Of a stretch of 64,000 nucleotides of DNA, positions 8,964 through 18,925 are shown piece by piece. The translations under genes and the position numbers were made by a program. The stretch covers positions 16,362 through 80,361 of the forward strand of contig JAJFUD010000029.1 in the NCBI GenBank assembly GCA_021372585.1, written 5' to 3'. The stretch's first letter is position 1; every line of letters begins with the position of its first letter. The stretch comes from a bacterium (GTDB taxonomy: Bacteria > Caldisericota > Caldisericia > UBA6126). A model generated the notes under the pieces. That model was not told the origin of the DNA and did not search any database. It worked only from the letters and a program-made list of their open reading frames with translations.

Positions 8964-9698
8964 TTGATGAAGGCGATTATTTTAGCTGCCGGTTATGCCA
9001 CCAGACTTTATCCCTTAACTTTGAACCAACCTAAAGCACTTTTGCCAATCGCCCATAAACCGATACTTGATTATATCGTGGAAGAGCTGATTACTATTCC
9101 TGTAATGAGAGAGGTCATCGTCATCAGTAACCATCGTTTCGCGAATCATTTTTATACCTGGGCAGACTCCATACGATACCCTGTACCTATCAGAATAGTG
9201 GACGACGGCACCACAAGTGATGAGAATAAATTGGGCGCAATCGGCGATATTCAGCTGGTTCTCTCGCAAACCCCGATGGAAGAAGACTTGCTGGTGATTG
9301 CCGGGGATACCTTTTTTACTTTTCATCTGTTGGATTTCTACCGGTATTATGAGGCTATTCAGAGGGATTGTTTCCTGGTCAAAACCATCAGGGATGTTCA
9401 GCAACTACGCAGAATGGGGGTAGTTCAGTTGAACTCGATGCAAAAAGTGATCGGGTTTGAAGAAAAACCTCAGGAACCTAAGTCTGATAAAGCTTCCTAT
9501 GCAGCTTATTTTTATCTTCAGGATACGCTACCATTATTTCAGCTCTACTTGAATCAAGGCAAAAATCCCGATGCTCCAGGTAATTTTCCGGCATGGCTTC
9601 ATACTTTCAAAGATGTATATGCGTATACTTTTCAGGGAGACTGCTATGATATCGGTACCCCTGAGTCTTATAAAGAAGTCAATGACTTATTTAGTTGA
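8964..9698 (+). CDS. Sugar-phosphate nucleotidyltransferase family protein
   Basis: KAIILAAGYATRLYPLT..PKALL, FEEKP, YDIGT. Confidence 0.88.
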   Translation: MMKAIILAAGYATRLYPLTLNQPKALLPIAHKPILDYIVEELITIPVMREVIVISNHRFANHFYTWADSIRYPVPIRIVDDGTTSDENKLGAIGDIQLVLSQTPMEEDLLVIAGDTFFTFHLLDFYRYYEAIQRDCFLVKTIRDVQQLRRMGVVQLNSMQKVIGFEEKPQEPKSDKASYAAYFYLQDTLPLFQLYLNQGKNPDAPGNFPAWLHTFKDVYAYTFQGDCYDIGTPESYKEVNDLFS

Positions 9699-9701
9699 GA
9701 A

Positions 9702-10031
9702 TTACCGTATGAAATGAGGTAATTCAAAAGGAATCTCGAAGGAGCACTCCACCATACCTATGATCTGGCCATTCTCTGTCCAGGGGGTCTGGTATATCAT
9801 CTTTTTCTTCCCGTTTTTCTCGATAGTGTAAGTATTGCTTTCTCCTGTTGCCATCAGCTCTCGTATCTTAGATTGTGCTTTCTCGGGGTGGCAGTGAAAC
9901 AGATTTGATCCCAAAATAGAAGGTGAACCCGGTTTTTGGAATGTTTTTTCTGATTGGTTATTCATGTAAATGATTTTTCCATCTTTGTCACAGACGGTGA
10001 TCGCCATTTTTAGCTCTTTTACCCATTCCAT
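9702..10031 (-). CDS. Small stand-alone PAS-domain protein
   Basis: AITVCDKDGKIIYMN, GSNLFHCHP, KMIYQTPW PAS pattern. Confidence 0.75.
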   Translation of the reverse strand: MEWVKELKMAITVCDKDGKIIYMNNQSEKTFQKPGSPSILGSNLFHCHPEKAQSKIRELMATGESNTYTIEKNGKKKMIYQTPWTENGQIIGMVECSFEIPFELPHFIR

Positions 10032-10081
10032 CTTGGATGCCCTCCGTTATAAGGCTCGATTCAGTAATTCAACCAAAAATC

Positions 10082-10411
10082 CTATGCTTTGTAATTCGAA
10101 GGGTTTGGGGATTTCACCACAAAGAACTCCAATAGTTCTTCATCCACATTGTCTACACTCATTTGAGTTTTATAAGGAATAGCGATAACCTGACCAGCTG
10201 TATACTTATGAGGATCTTGTTCATTCAAAGTAAGGGTAAGTCTGCCTTTAACAACGATCAGGTATGTATTTGAGTTCGATAAATGGGATGGGATGCTATG
10301 TTCTTTGGGGAGAATGATGTGGTTAATCATCGTATGGTCGTCGTCCACCAAGTTTTCTATCGTTTTTGTTTTTTCATAAGTGCAAGTGGATATTACTTCA
10401 ATCATATTCAT
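10082..10411 (-). CDS. Small cupin-domain protein
   Basis: INHIILP..HSIPSH.SNSN.YLIVVKG; RBS aggaaagg supports a start at 10411 or 10405 rather than 10555. Confidence 0.75.
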   Translation of the reverse strand: MNMIEVISTCTYEKTKTIENLVDDDHTMINHIILPKEHSIPSHLSNSNTYLIVVKGRLTLTLNEQDPHKYTAGQVIAIPYKTQMSVDNVDEELLEFFVVKSPNPSNYKA

Positions 10412-10509
10412 TCCTTTCCTAATTGGGTAACAAAAGTATAGCACAAACTTGATTTGTTCTTTAAAGAGTTTCATGTTCATACGAAACAAAAAAAAACAGA
10501 TCTTAAGTT

Positions 10510-10557
10510 TTGACAAGCTTTTGTTTTGCTTATACGCTATTGATATGGTAATCAATA
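10510..10557 (+). promoter_or_regulatory. Sigma70-type promoter with adjacent inverted repeat upstream of the fpg-like gene
   Basis: TTGACA (10510-10515), N17, TACGCT (10533-10538), then tattgat-N6-atcaata (10538-10557). Confidence 0.5.
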
Positions 10558-10590
10558 AAGCGTTTCATTCAAGTAAAGGAGATTGGTTGC

Positions 10591-11421
10591 ATGTTTGAAT
10601 TACCTGAATTAATCAATCTCAGCAAACAAATCAACGATACGCTTGTCGGAAAAAAGATCACACGGGGGGAATTAGGTAATTCCCCGCACAAGTTTGTCTG
10701 GTACAACCTTGATCATGCTGATTTTGCGAAACTGATCAGAGGAAAAACGGTAAAACCCTCCTATGTGAAAGGAAGATGGTTATTTATCCCGGTGGACCCC
10801 GGTTATATCCTAGTGTTGGGCGAATTCGGCGGAAAATTAACTTATTTGCCTGATCATGAAAAACCTGAAAAATACCATCTTTGGATTGAATTTGAGAATT
10901 TGACCTCCATGAGTTTGGTGATCCAGATGTGGGGAGTGATAGAATTATATAAAAAGGGGAAGGAATTAGAACGCCAGCATATTAAAAATATGCGTCCAGA
11001 TCCACTACATAAGGATTTCACTGAGAAATATTTTTTAAAAATCATTGATTCGTTGATAGCGGAAGGCAAACGGAGTGTAAAAGGGCTTCTGACTCAAGAT
11101 CAGATCCTGCCGGGAATAGGTAATTCCATGGCTCAGGAAATCATGTTTATAGCACGGTTACACCCGAAAAGAGAGCTGAAAGACTTAAAAAAAAGCGAAC
11201 GGGTCCGTTTGTTTGAGACGATTAACCAGACCATTCACAATGCGATTCAGCTTGGAGGAAGACAGGACGAGGTGGATTTCTTTAACCAACCGGGACAATA
11301 CAAACGGTTGATGAACAGCCGGGTGGTTGGAAAACCTTGCTCTGTCTGCGGTGCTCCGATACAAAAAATGCAATATTTAGGTGGAACCTGCGTGTATTGC
11401 CCTATTTGTCAAAAGCTTTAG
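10591..11421 (+). CDS. Fpg/Nei family DNA glycosylase-like protein (atypical N-terminus MFELPE)
   Basis: ELPE N-terminus, H2TH GIGNSMAQEI, C-terminal zinc finger CSVC...CPIC. Confidence 0.85.
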   Translation: MFELPELINLSKQINDTLVGKKITRGELGNSPHKFVWYNLDHADFAKLIRGKTVKPSYVKGRWLFIPVDPGYILVLGEFGGKLTYLPDHEKPEKYHLWIEFENLTSMSLVIQMWGVIELYKKGKELERQHIKNMRPDPLHKDFTEKYFLKIIDSLIAEGKRSVKGLLTQDQILPGIGNSMAQEIMFIARLHPKRELKDLKKSERVRLFETINQTIHNAIQLGGRQDEVDFFNQPGQYKRLMNSRVVGKPCSVCGAPIQKMQYLGGTCVYCPICQKL

Positions 11422-11569
11422 TTTTCCCTACCTCTCCCAGCTCTAAGTTCATTTCCGATATGAGAAATGAATCGTTTTTTGTCAGGGAAGAATGTGGCTA
11501 AAGGTTTGTATTAATCAGAAAATTGGGTACTATTAATAATCGATCATAAATTTTAGGGGAGGAGCCTAC

Positions 11570-13297
11570 GTGGACAATCCAGTAGAAAAAAATACCGGGC
11601 TGAACTTTATACAGCACATCATTGAAGAGGACATGAAATCAGGAAGAACTGTGGGTTCCATCCACACCCGATTCCCTCCGGAGCCAAATGGGTATCTCCA
11701 CATCGGGCATGCGAAATCCATTTGTCTGAATTTTGGTTTGGCAGAGCAGTATCAGGGTTTGTGCAACCTTCGGTTTGACGATACCAACCCCAGCAAAGAA
11801 GAGACGGAATACGTTGACTCGATCATGGAAGATATTCGATGGCTGGGTTTTGACTGGCAAGACCGGTTGTTTTTTGCCTCCAATTATTTTGAAGACCTGT
11901 ATCGGTTTGCTGTAGTTCTCATCAAAAAAGGAAAAGCGTATGTCTGTGACTTAAGTTCGGAAGAGATCCGCTCTTACCGAGGCACTTTGACAGAACCCGG
12001 AAAACTGAGTCCTTATCGGGAACGTTCTATTGAAGAGAACCTGGACTTGTTTGCAAAAATGCGATCCGGTGTGTTTGAGGATGGATCGAAAACGTTACGG
12101 GCAAAGATCGATATGAACTCGCCGAACGTCAATATGCGAGACCCGGTCATCTACCGAATTCTTCGTTCTCATCATCACAGAACAGGCGATACCTGGTGTA
12201 TCTACCCGATGTATGACTATGCCCATCCCCTCTCCGATGCCTTGGAAAAGATTACTCATTCTATCTGTACACTGGAGTTTGAAGACCACCGACCCCTTTA
12301 TGACTGGTTTATTGAGCAGACAGAAGTCCCTTGGAAACCCCGACAAATCGAATTTGCCCGATTGAATATCACCAAAACCTATTTAAGCAAACGTATCTTG
12401 CGTGCTTTAGTCGAAGAAGGCTGGGTGGAGGGATGGGACGATCCTCGTATGCCCACTCTGTCAGGGTTGAGAAGAAGAGGGTACACACCGGAAGCGATCA
12501 AGACCTTCTGTGACAGGATTGGAGTAGCAAAAAGCAACAGCACCGTTGAGAAAGAGATGTTGGAACACTGTATTCGAGAGGATCTGAATGCTCATGCCCT
12601 GAGAGTAATGGCAGTATTAAGGCCTTTAAAGATCGTGATTACCAATTACCCAGAAAATCAGGTGGAGTGGTTGGAAACGGAGAACAATCCGGAAGATCCG
12701 ACCGCCGGTACCCGGAAAATTCCTTTCTCACGTGAAGTGTATATCGAAGAAACCGATTTCATGGAAGAGCCCCCTAAGAAATTCTTCCGGCTCTCTCCCG
12801 GGAACGAAGTCCGCTTAAAATCTGCCTATATCATCCGGTGCGATGAGGTCATCAAAGATCCTCTTACCGGAAAAATCACCGAACTTCACTGTTCCTACGA
12901 CCCTAGCTCGAAGAGCAACCAGGATACTTCCGGCAAGAAGGTCAAAGGGACCTTACACTGGGTATCTGCTCCTCACGCTATTCGTGGCGAGGTCAGACTT
13001 TATCAGGATTTGTTACTGGATGCCCCTGTCGGCACTGATCAGGAGGACGAGGAGGCGAAGAAGTCTTTCTCTATTCAAGAAATGATCCGACCCGATTCGA
13101 GGGAGATTTTGAAAGAGTGTTACCTGGAGCCCTCTCTTTCTGAAGCTGTCCCCGGAGCAAAATATCAATTTTTAAGACAAGGTTATTTTTGTTTGGATAG
13201 TAAAAATACTGCAAAAGAAATACCTATCTACCACCAAATCGTGACCTTGAAAGATACCTGGTTAAAGTTGGAAAAATCCGGAAAATCAAACCTCTAA
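11570..13297 (+). CDS. glnS: Glutamine--tRNA ligase
   Basis: [47 protein letters not shown]. Confidence 0.96.
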   Translation: MDNPVEKNTGLNFIQHIIEEDMKSGRTVGSIHTRFPPEPNGYLHIGHAKSICLNFGLAEQYQGLCNLRFDDTNPSKEETEYVDSIMEDIRWLGFDWQDRLFFASNYFEDLYRFAVVLIKKGKAYVCDLSSEEIRSYRGTLTEPGKLSPYRERSIEENLDLFAKMRSGVFEDGSKTLRAKIDMNSPNVNMRDPVIYRILRSHHHRTGDTWCIYPMYDYAHPLSDALEKITHSICTLEFEDHRPLYDWFIEQTEVPWKPRQIEFARLNITKTYLSKRILRALVEEGWVEGWDDPRMPTLSGLRRRGYTPEAIKTFCDRIGVAKSNSTVEKEMLEHCIREDLNAHALRVMAVLRPLKIVITNYPENQVEWLETENNPEDPTAGTRKIPFSREVYIEETDFMEEPPKKFFRLSPGNEVRLKSAYIIRCDEVIKDPLTGKITELHCSYDPSSKSNQDTSGKKVKGTLHWVSAPHAIRGEVRLYQDLLLDAPVGTDQEDEEAKKSFSIQEMIRPDSREILKECYLEPSLSEAVPGAKYQFLRQGYFCLDSKNTAKEIPIYHQIVTLKDTWLKLEKSGKSNL

Positions 13298-13331
13298 CTG
13301 ATCTTCTTTCGCGGAAGAAAGGGCGTGGTGT

Positions 13332-15059
13332 ATGTTTTTTGGCATTTTAGGCATTCTCGTATTATTGATCATAATCATTGTGATCGGCTCCTTACCAACT
13401 TATTTCTTTTTCCGACACCAACAGAGATCTAATCATGCTGTCATCATGCAGATGGAATTTCAGGCGTTACTGCAAAAAGGACAGATTGATACGGAGGTCT
13501 GTCAGAAGTTAATTTCTCTGTATCCTCTGCCTGAGAAACGCAGCCCTGTTACATTATTGCAAATTGTCTATATTATCGGTAGTATTCTGATCGGGATTGG
13601 CGCCATACTGTTTATCGCTTCGAATTGGCAGCAGATGGCAGATTGGTTCAAACTCGCTTTAGCGGTGGTTTTGTCCTTCGTATCACTCTTTTTGGGCGAT
13701 TATTTCAGACAGAAAAAAAGTCGAAAATTACCGGTGCTGGGGGAGAGTTTAATCTTATTAGGAGCTCTGTTATGGGGTGTTGTCATCATTTTTCTGTTTC
13801 AACATTACCAATGGAGCGTTACCTATAATTGGTTGCTGGTAGGAATCTGGATAGTATCTCTCCTTCCGATCCTATTATGGATGAAATCGGAACCGGTGTT
13901 TTATCTGGTGATGGTGCTAACCTTTATTTTTGGAATTTTCTGTCGGGATTTAGTGGGGCAGCATTTTTGGATCTATCTGGTGCTGAGTGGTGCATTATTT
14001 TTTCTTGCTAAACAAAATCGGGTCAAAGAGGGGATTATCACCGGAACCCAGTTTATTTTCGGTTTCACCTGCCTGGAGCATGTAACGGAAGCGATCACTT
14101 TTTGGCTTTTTGCGAGTCTTTTCCATCAGCTTCTGTGTCTTTTACGCAAACGAAACGAAGATTTGGTCTATGCAACAGTTCCACTGATTTTAGCTGGATT
14201 TTTCACCATGTTATACTTTTTAAATCCTGTGGTGAATTACAATGCAGAAAATAATTGGACTTGGCTGCAAACTGTTTCCAGTATTCTCGCTTTGCTCATG
14301 TCAAGCTATTTAATTTATATTCACCAGTCTGTTGCAGGCCTTATTTTATGGTTAACGTCCGGTTATCTCTTTTTATGGGGCGTTTTTCAGTCCAGAATTT
14401 TTCCTTATGAGCATTACCAGTATAGCCGGATCACTGATTCTTTTGAAGCGACTTTAGGGTATATAGCTGGGATTATACTTCTGGTAATGGCTTTTGCCGT
14501 TATTTTTCAGAAAAGAAGCCGACTCTACTCCGCCTGGTTGCCTATGACTCAGTTGTTTTTATGGATCCCGCTTTTCCTGCTGTCCACAAAATGGCATGCC
14601 GAAAATACCGGAACGCAGATGGAAAAGATGGATTGGTTGATTGGTTTGATTTTGATTATTCTGCCATTATTGATGATGGTTGCTCAGTATTTCATTCAAA
14701 AAGCAAGAATGATAAAATGGTCCTTCCTGGCTTTTACCTGGATTTGTGTGGCAGCATCCTTGGCTAGCTTAATATGGTGGAGAGATGCCAGTATTTTTGT
14801 CGTGAATTTTGCCTTATTGTTTACCATTATCCAAGCGTTTTTCTGGTCTTATGAAGAAGACCAACCCGCATTATTCTATATTGGCATGGTGGCACTCATT
14901 GTCTTTATCTTGCTCCGGTATTTTGATCTGTTCTGGAGTATGATGAGCCGATCCGCATTCTTTATTATTGGCGGGGTATTGTTAGTAACCATTGCAGTAT
15001 TGCTGGAAAGACAGAGATATCGTCTCGACAAATCGGAGGAAAAACATGAAAATTCCTAA
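13332..15059 (+). CDS. DUF2157-type multi-pass membrane protein
   Basis: IGSILIGIGAILFIASNWQQM motif; many TM helices; upstream of GDYXXLXY gene. Confidence 0.8.
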   Translation: MFFGILGILVLLIIIIVIGSLPTYFFFRHQQRSNHAVIMQMEFQALLQKGQIDTEVCQKLISLYPLPEKRSPVTLLQIVYIIGSILIGIGAILFIASNWQQMADWFKLALAVVLSFVSLFLGDYFRQKKSRKLPVLGESLILLGALLWGVVIIFLFQHYQWSVTYNWLLVGIWIVSLLPILLWMKSEPVFYLVMVLTFIFGIFCRDLVGQHFWIYLVLSGALFFLAKQNRVKEGIITGTQFIFGFTCLEHVTEAITFWLFASLFHQLLCLLRKRNEDLVYATVPLILAGFFTMLYFLNPVVNYNAENNWTWLQTVSSILALLMSSYLIYIHQSVAGLILWLTSGYLFLWGVFQSRIFPYEHYQYSRITDSFEATLGYIAGIILLVMAFAVIFQKRSRLYSAWLPMTQLFLWIPLFLLSTKWHAENTGTQMEKMDWLIGLILIILPLLMMVAQYFIQKARMIKWSFLAFTWICVAASLASLIWWRDASIFVVNFALLFTIIQAFFWSYEEDQPALFYIGMVALIVFILLRYFDLFWSMMSRSAFFIIGGVLLVTIAVLLERQRYRLDKSEEKHENS

Positions 15060-15558
15060 GAGTGTCTGGATTATATTGATATGGGCTCTTATTTTAGGCG
15101 GATTCTTATTTTACCAGCAAAAAAGGCTGACAGGGGGTCATGATATCTGGGTGAAGCCACAACCTGTCGATCCAAGGGACATGTTCCGAGGGGACTATGT
15201 CATCTTTACCTATGATTTCAGCCGATACCATGGAATCAATGACTCTCAGCCCGGGAGAGAGGTGTACGCGATACTTTCGAATCAAAACAAACAGTATTTT
15301 GAGCTAAGCTACTTTTCCCATGAGAAACCAGCAGATATCAATACTATTTTTCTGAAAGGAAAAGCACTGGAAGAGTTAATCGATGGCGCTGACATTACTT
15401 ACAATATCGAATCCTATTTCGTTCCGGAAGGGGAAGGAAAAGCGTATGAAAATTATATCGGGAGTGATCTGTTGGTAAAAATTCATATCAATCCTGATGG
15501 CGAAGCCACCCTTATCAAGACTAATTTCGATGAATTAAAGAAAAGGAGAGAAAAATGA
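15046..15558 (+). CDS. GDYXXLXY domain protein
   Basis: PVDPRDMFRGDYV and YNIESYFVPEGEG; RBS ggagga before ATG 15046. Confidence 0.88.
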   Translation: MKIPKSVWIILIWALILGGFLFYQQKRLTGGHDIWVKPQPVDPRDMFRGDYVIFTYDFSRYHGINDSQPGREVYAILSNQNKQYFELSYFSHEKPADINTIFLKGKALEELIDGADITYNIESYFVPEGEGKAYENYIGSDLLVKIHINPDGEATLIKTNFDELKKRREK

Positions 15559-15893
15559 GCCAGTATGGTTATTGCGGTATTGATTGCGAGAAATGTCCTG
15601 CCTATCTCGTCACAAAAGAGGACAACCGTGAAAGGCTGGAACAAGTCGCCAAAGAATGGTCCAAAGAGTATAAAAGCGACATTACACCGGAAGATGTGAT
15701 TTGCGATGGTTGTACCGCCGGTACCGGTAGGGTGAATGCCCATTGGCACGAGTGTGAGATCCGGCAATGCGCTCAAGAGAAAAAACAACCGCATTGCGCT
15801 GCATGCGCTGATTACGGTTGTAACACCATCACCGATTTTGAAGCGGTGGCACCCGAAGCCAAAGCGAACCTGGCTAAGCTACGAAACCGTTAA
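15555..15893 (+). CDS. DUF3795 Cys-rich protein
   Basis: YCGIDCEKCPAY, CDGC, CEIRQCA, HCAACADYGC. Confidence 0.8.
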   Translation: MSQYGYCGIDCEKCPAYLVTKEDNRERLEQVAKEWSKEYKSDITPEDVICDGCTAGTGRVNAHWHECEIRQCAQEKKQPHCAACADYGCNTITDFEAVAPEAKANLAKLRNR

Positions 15894-15895
15894 CC

Positions 15896-17134
15896 TTAAC
15901 GGATTCTCCGGCACTCCATATAGTAGCGTTTTTCTTCGGGTTTTCCCATGGAAAAAGTTTTTCTGGGCAGAGCGCCGTCCAGGGAGATGGTGGGGAACAG
16001 TTCCGATTTATCCATTCCTTCCAGTAGGAAACCGATCGAGTTCTCTTCGGAAGAGAGTTTTCTTAAACTGGCTTCTCCGTGAATATAATCGATTTTTACT
16101 TCCGGGTGGGAAGTTAGGTATTCGTCCAACAGAATCTGAAGCACGCCGACTGTTAAATGGCTATTTCTTTCCTGCAGCCGGATCGTCTCGGTTTGGTTGC
16201 CTTGCACCATCTTGACTTCAGCACCGTTTCCCTGAAGGTAAGATAGCAAGTCCTGTTTGTCGACATCGAACAGGATGCGGTGAATTGGTTCAAAATCCAT
16301 CCCCTGGTCGTGGATATTATTCAATTCCACCAAGGCGTACTTGGCGGGATGCGTTTGTTTCTGTTCTTCGGATAAGGATCCTTTTAATTGATCCCAGCAT
16401 GCTTTTGCGGTAGCCAGGGAATGATTGCCGTCCCCCATCGCATACAGAAAACCATCTGCTTTTTTAATTTGTTTCAGGGCAAGAGCGATAGCGTTTAACA
16501 GGATAGGATCGGTGACTGAGTACCCGGCAACTTTTCCGCCCCTCATCATTAGTTCGGTATCATACAAAGGCTGGATGTTTTGCCGTGCTAGTGTTTCATA
16601 AACGGGTTCAATGACTTTTTTCAGGGGATCGTCAATCAGGACCAGAATATGGGGAGACTCAATCGGAGCGTTTTCTCGGATCTGGACACGTGGAGGGATT
16701 CTCTCCATCACCGTTTTTTCAGAGGCGCGAACCAGGGATTTTGAGCCGGAGTGAAAGTCATATTCATCCAAATCAATGGCCACCACTAATCCGGTTCTGA
16801 CTTTTCCGGTCAGCATCGTTCGTCTCACTAGTATGAATCCTTTTAAAGAAGGTTCTAAGATCGATTCATCCAGGTATTGCTGCATGGTTCGATTGATATT
16901 CTCGATTCTTTGCACTTTATCGGGGAACTCTAAATACGCTTCAGGCAAAATGATGTGGTAGGTTGAGGGGACAGATTGTACCTTTCGTTCTACTTCCTGC
17001 CAGTATTCCGGTTCGCTGGTGAACTGATCACAAGCGACGACTGCCCAGGTTTCAAACGGTACTTTCGCTGAAGGTAAGAGGATCGTAGGGATATGTAAAC
17101 CAACTTCGGATAACGCTAATTCATATGATTCCAT
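15896..17134 (-). CDS. DUF1015 family protein
   Basis: VVACDQFTSEP, YAMGDGNHSLATAK, LPRKTFSMG. Confidence 0.85.
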   Translation of the reverse strand: MESYELALSEVGLHIPTILLPSAKVPFETWAVVACDQFTSEPEYWQEVERKVQSVPSTYHIILPEAYLEFPDKVQRIENINRTMQQYLDESILEPSLKGFILVRRTMLTGKVRTGLVVAIDLDEYDFHSGSKSLVRASEKTVMERIPPRVQIRENAPIESPHILVLIDDPLKKVIEPVYETLARQNIQPLYDTELMMRGGKVAGYSVTDPILLNAIALALKQIKKADGFLYAMGDGNHSLATAKACWDQLKGSLSEEQKQTHPAKYALVELNNIHDQGMDFEPIHRILFDVDKQDLLSYLQGNGAEVKMVQGNQTETIRLQERNSHLTVGVLQILLDEYLTSHPEVKIDYIHGEASLRKLSSEENSIGFLLEGMDKSELFPTISLDGALPRKTFSMGKPEEKRYYMECRRIR

Positions 17135-17238
17135 GCAATCAAAGCTCCTTCCTAATTTTCTTCACAGAAGATTATAGCTGAATCAACCGATAAATTCTAA
17201 TGAGACAAGAGTCAGGGGCATTCCTGAGGTGAGGAAAA

Positions 17239-18462
17239 CTATTCCTGGAATTGAGTTTCCAGGGAAGAAAGGATATCATAATCCGGATATTGCTGCTTTT
17301 TATCGAGGTGATCCACCAGACATTTTAAAAATTGACGGGGGTAGAGTTTTTTATCTTTCGAGGCATTCAGGTAACACCGGATGTATTGCTGTAAAATATC
17401 TTCAGGTAAAGGACTAGCCCATTGGTAAACCTGTTGGTGAAGTTGATATACCTTCTGGCTGACCTGATAAGCTTTTTCTTCATCCCAAGGATCGATAAAG
17501 AGCAAAGGAAGGCGGTAATTTTCGAAATTGGTCTCCCGGTTGCTCTGCAAACGGTCCAAAAGCGCAGGGAATCCCGGAAATCCATGGGTATCGTCCAATA
17601 AAGTCGGAGTACCGCAAAAAAGGAAAAAACAATTCGGGAAATGATCTTTTGAGCACTCATCCAAAATATACCGGATATTGTCATAAGCCACTTGTCGCTG
17701 GCTTTGAGTTCGTAACCGCAATAAGCTCTCTACCTCGTCTATAATAATCACCAAAGAATGGTAACCAACGGATTGGATTAAAAATAACAGGACTTGCAGA
17801 TGTGAATAGGCAGTTTGGCGGTTAACTTCTCCCACTAAACCAATACGCTCTTTCAGGGCGTAAGGGATTTTCTCTCCTTTTAGCCAGCCGATCACGGCAT
17901 GGATTGCCGCATTATCCTTGCTCCATCTGGCTTCATAATAAGCCTGAAGAGCTCTGGTAAAACCTCTGTCTGTCTGTCCCAGCTGAGATAAAGAGTCATT
18001 CACTAGTTTTTTTAATTGTTGTTTTGATTCAGCAGGGGTAGGTTTTACTGCCTCTGTTCCTTTTTCTTTCACTTGGTTTTCAAGTTGCAGAAGCCAAGTT
18101 TCCAGTAAAATGGGTAATCCACTGATCAAAGGACTCTCCGGAAGCGTTACATGCTGGATCACACTCTTGTAGAAATCTTCAAATTTATGCAAGGGCGTTT
18201 CTTGGGAGATAGTCACCATGGATACTACGGCTTTTTTTTGGAAAGCTATTTCCTGAAATGCCATGGTGAGGAATGTCTTTCCGGAACCATATTCGCCGAT
18301 TATCCATTTGTATAAGCTGTGCCTATTTGAGACGGAATCGAGTAATGTGCTTAATTCATCGAGTTGCTGATCGATCCCGGTTGCTATATTCTGAGTACCA
18401 AATCTTGGCACTGTACCGTTTCGTATCGCTTGGAGCAGATAAAAAGCAGGCTGTTTAGACAT
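17239..18462 (-). CDS. BrxD/DUF2791-like P-loop ATPase
   Basis: AIRNGTVP, Walker A GEYGSGKT, ETPLHKFE, Walker B IIIDEVE; ATG 18462 overlaps the upstream stop. Confidence 0.8.
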   Translation of the reverse strand: MSKQPAFYLLQAIRNGTVPRFGTQNIATGIDQQLDELSTLLDSVSNRHSLYKWIIGEYGSGKTFLTMAFQEIAFQKKAVVSMVTISQETPLHKFEDFYKSVIQHVTLPESPLISGLPILLETWLLQLENQVKEKGTEAVKPTPAESKQQLKKLVNDSLSQLGQTDRGFTRALQAYYEARWSKDNAAIHAVIGWLKGEKIPYALKERIGLVGEVNRQTAYSHLQVLLFLIQSVGYHSLVIIIDEVESLLRLRTQSQRQVAYDNIRYILDECSKDHFPNCFFLFCGTPTLLDDTHGFPGFPALLDRLQSNRETNFENYRLPLLFIDPWDEEKAYQVSQKVYQLHQQVYQWASPLPEDILQQYIRCYLNASKDKKLYPRQFLKCLVDHLDKKQQYPDYDILSSLETQFQE

Positions 18463-18898
18463 TCCAATCCTTTCTGACAGGTTCCCAGCAATATTCTGAT
18501 CCGGAAGGATGTGGTCTGGTTTCGATAAACCATTGACCATCCCGATGCAGTTTTTGGATTAAATGATGCATCCATCCTACTACCAATGGAGTAGCAAGTT
18601 GATGATCCTTTAAAAATCTGGTGAGATCTGCTAAAGTGATAGAGTGCACATCAATCAATCTGGTAACCAGCTTATATTCCAATTCAGACAGCTGATATTT
18701 CTCCATCCAAAGCGATTTATGTAGCAATTGTATGTGCTGAATCGTAGTTTCAGAAAAAAACTGATTACGATTAAGGTTTTCCACATTAGTGAGAATATAA
18801 TCCTCCACGGTATCTATATGGCGAAGCATTAAGAAAAGGTTGATCTCGATAATATCAACATTAACACTACCCATCAAGGATAATGTCCAGCTATTCAT
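18455..18898 (-). CDS. Hypothetical protein, possible C-terminal winged helix
   Basis: 147-aa ORF, 28 nt after the lipoprotein gene and overlapping the ATPase start by 8 nt. Confidence 0.65.
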   Translation of the reverse strand: MNSWTLSLMGSVNVDIIEINLFLMLRHIDTVEDYILTNVENLNRNQFFSETTIQHIQLLHKSLWMEKYQLSELEYKLVTRLIDVHSITLADLTRFLKDHQLATPLVVGWMHHLIQKLHRDGQWFIETRPHPSGSEYCWEPVRKDWNV

Positions 18899-18925
18899 CT
18901 GTAAAGGTACAATCTCCTTAGTAGG

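Noticed and set aside
10540-10555. Fnr/Crp box
   Set aside because: TTGAT and ATCAA are 6 nt apart, not 4; kept only as an unassigned inverted repeat.
11422-11569. T-box leader before glnS (also checked before tyrS)
   Set aside because: Leaders too short and no T-box consensus or antiterminator.
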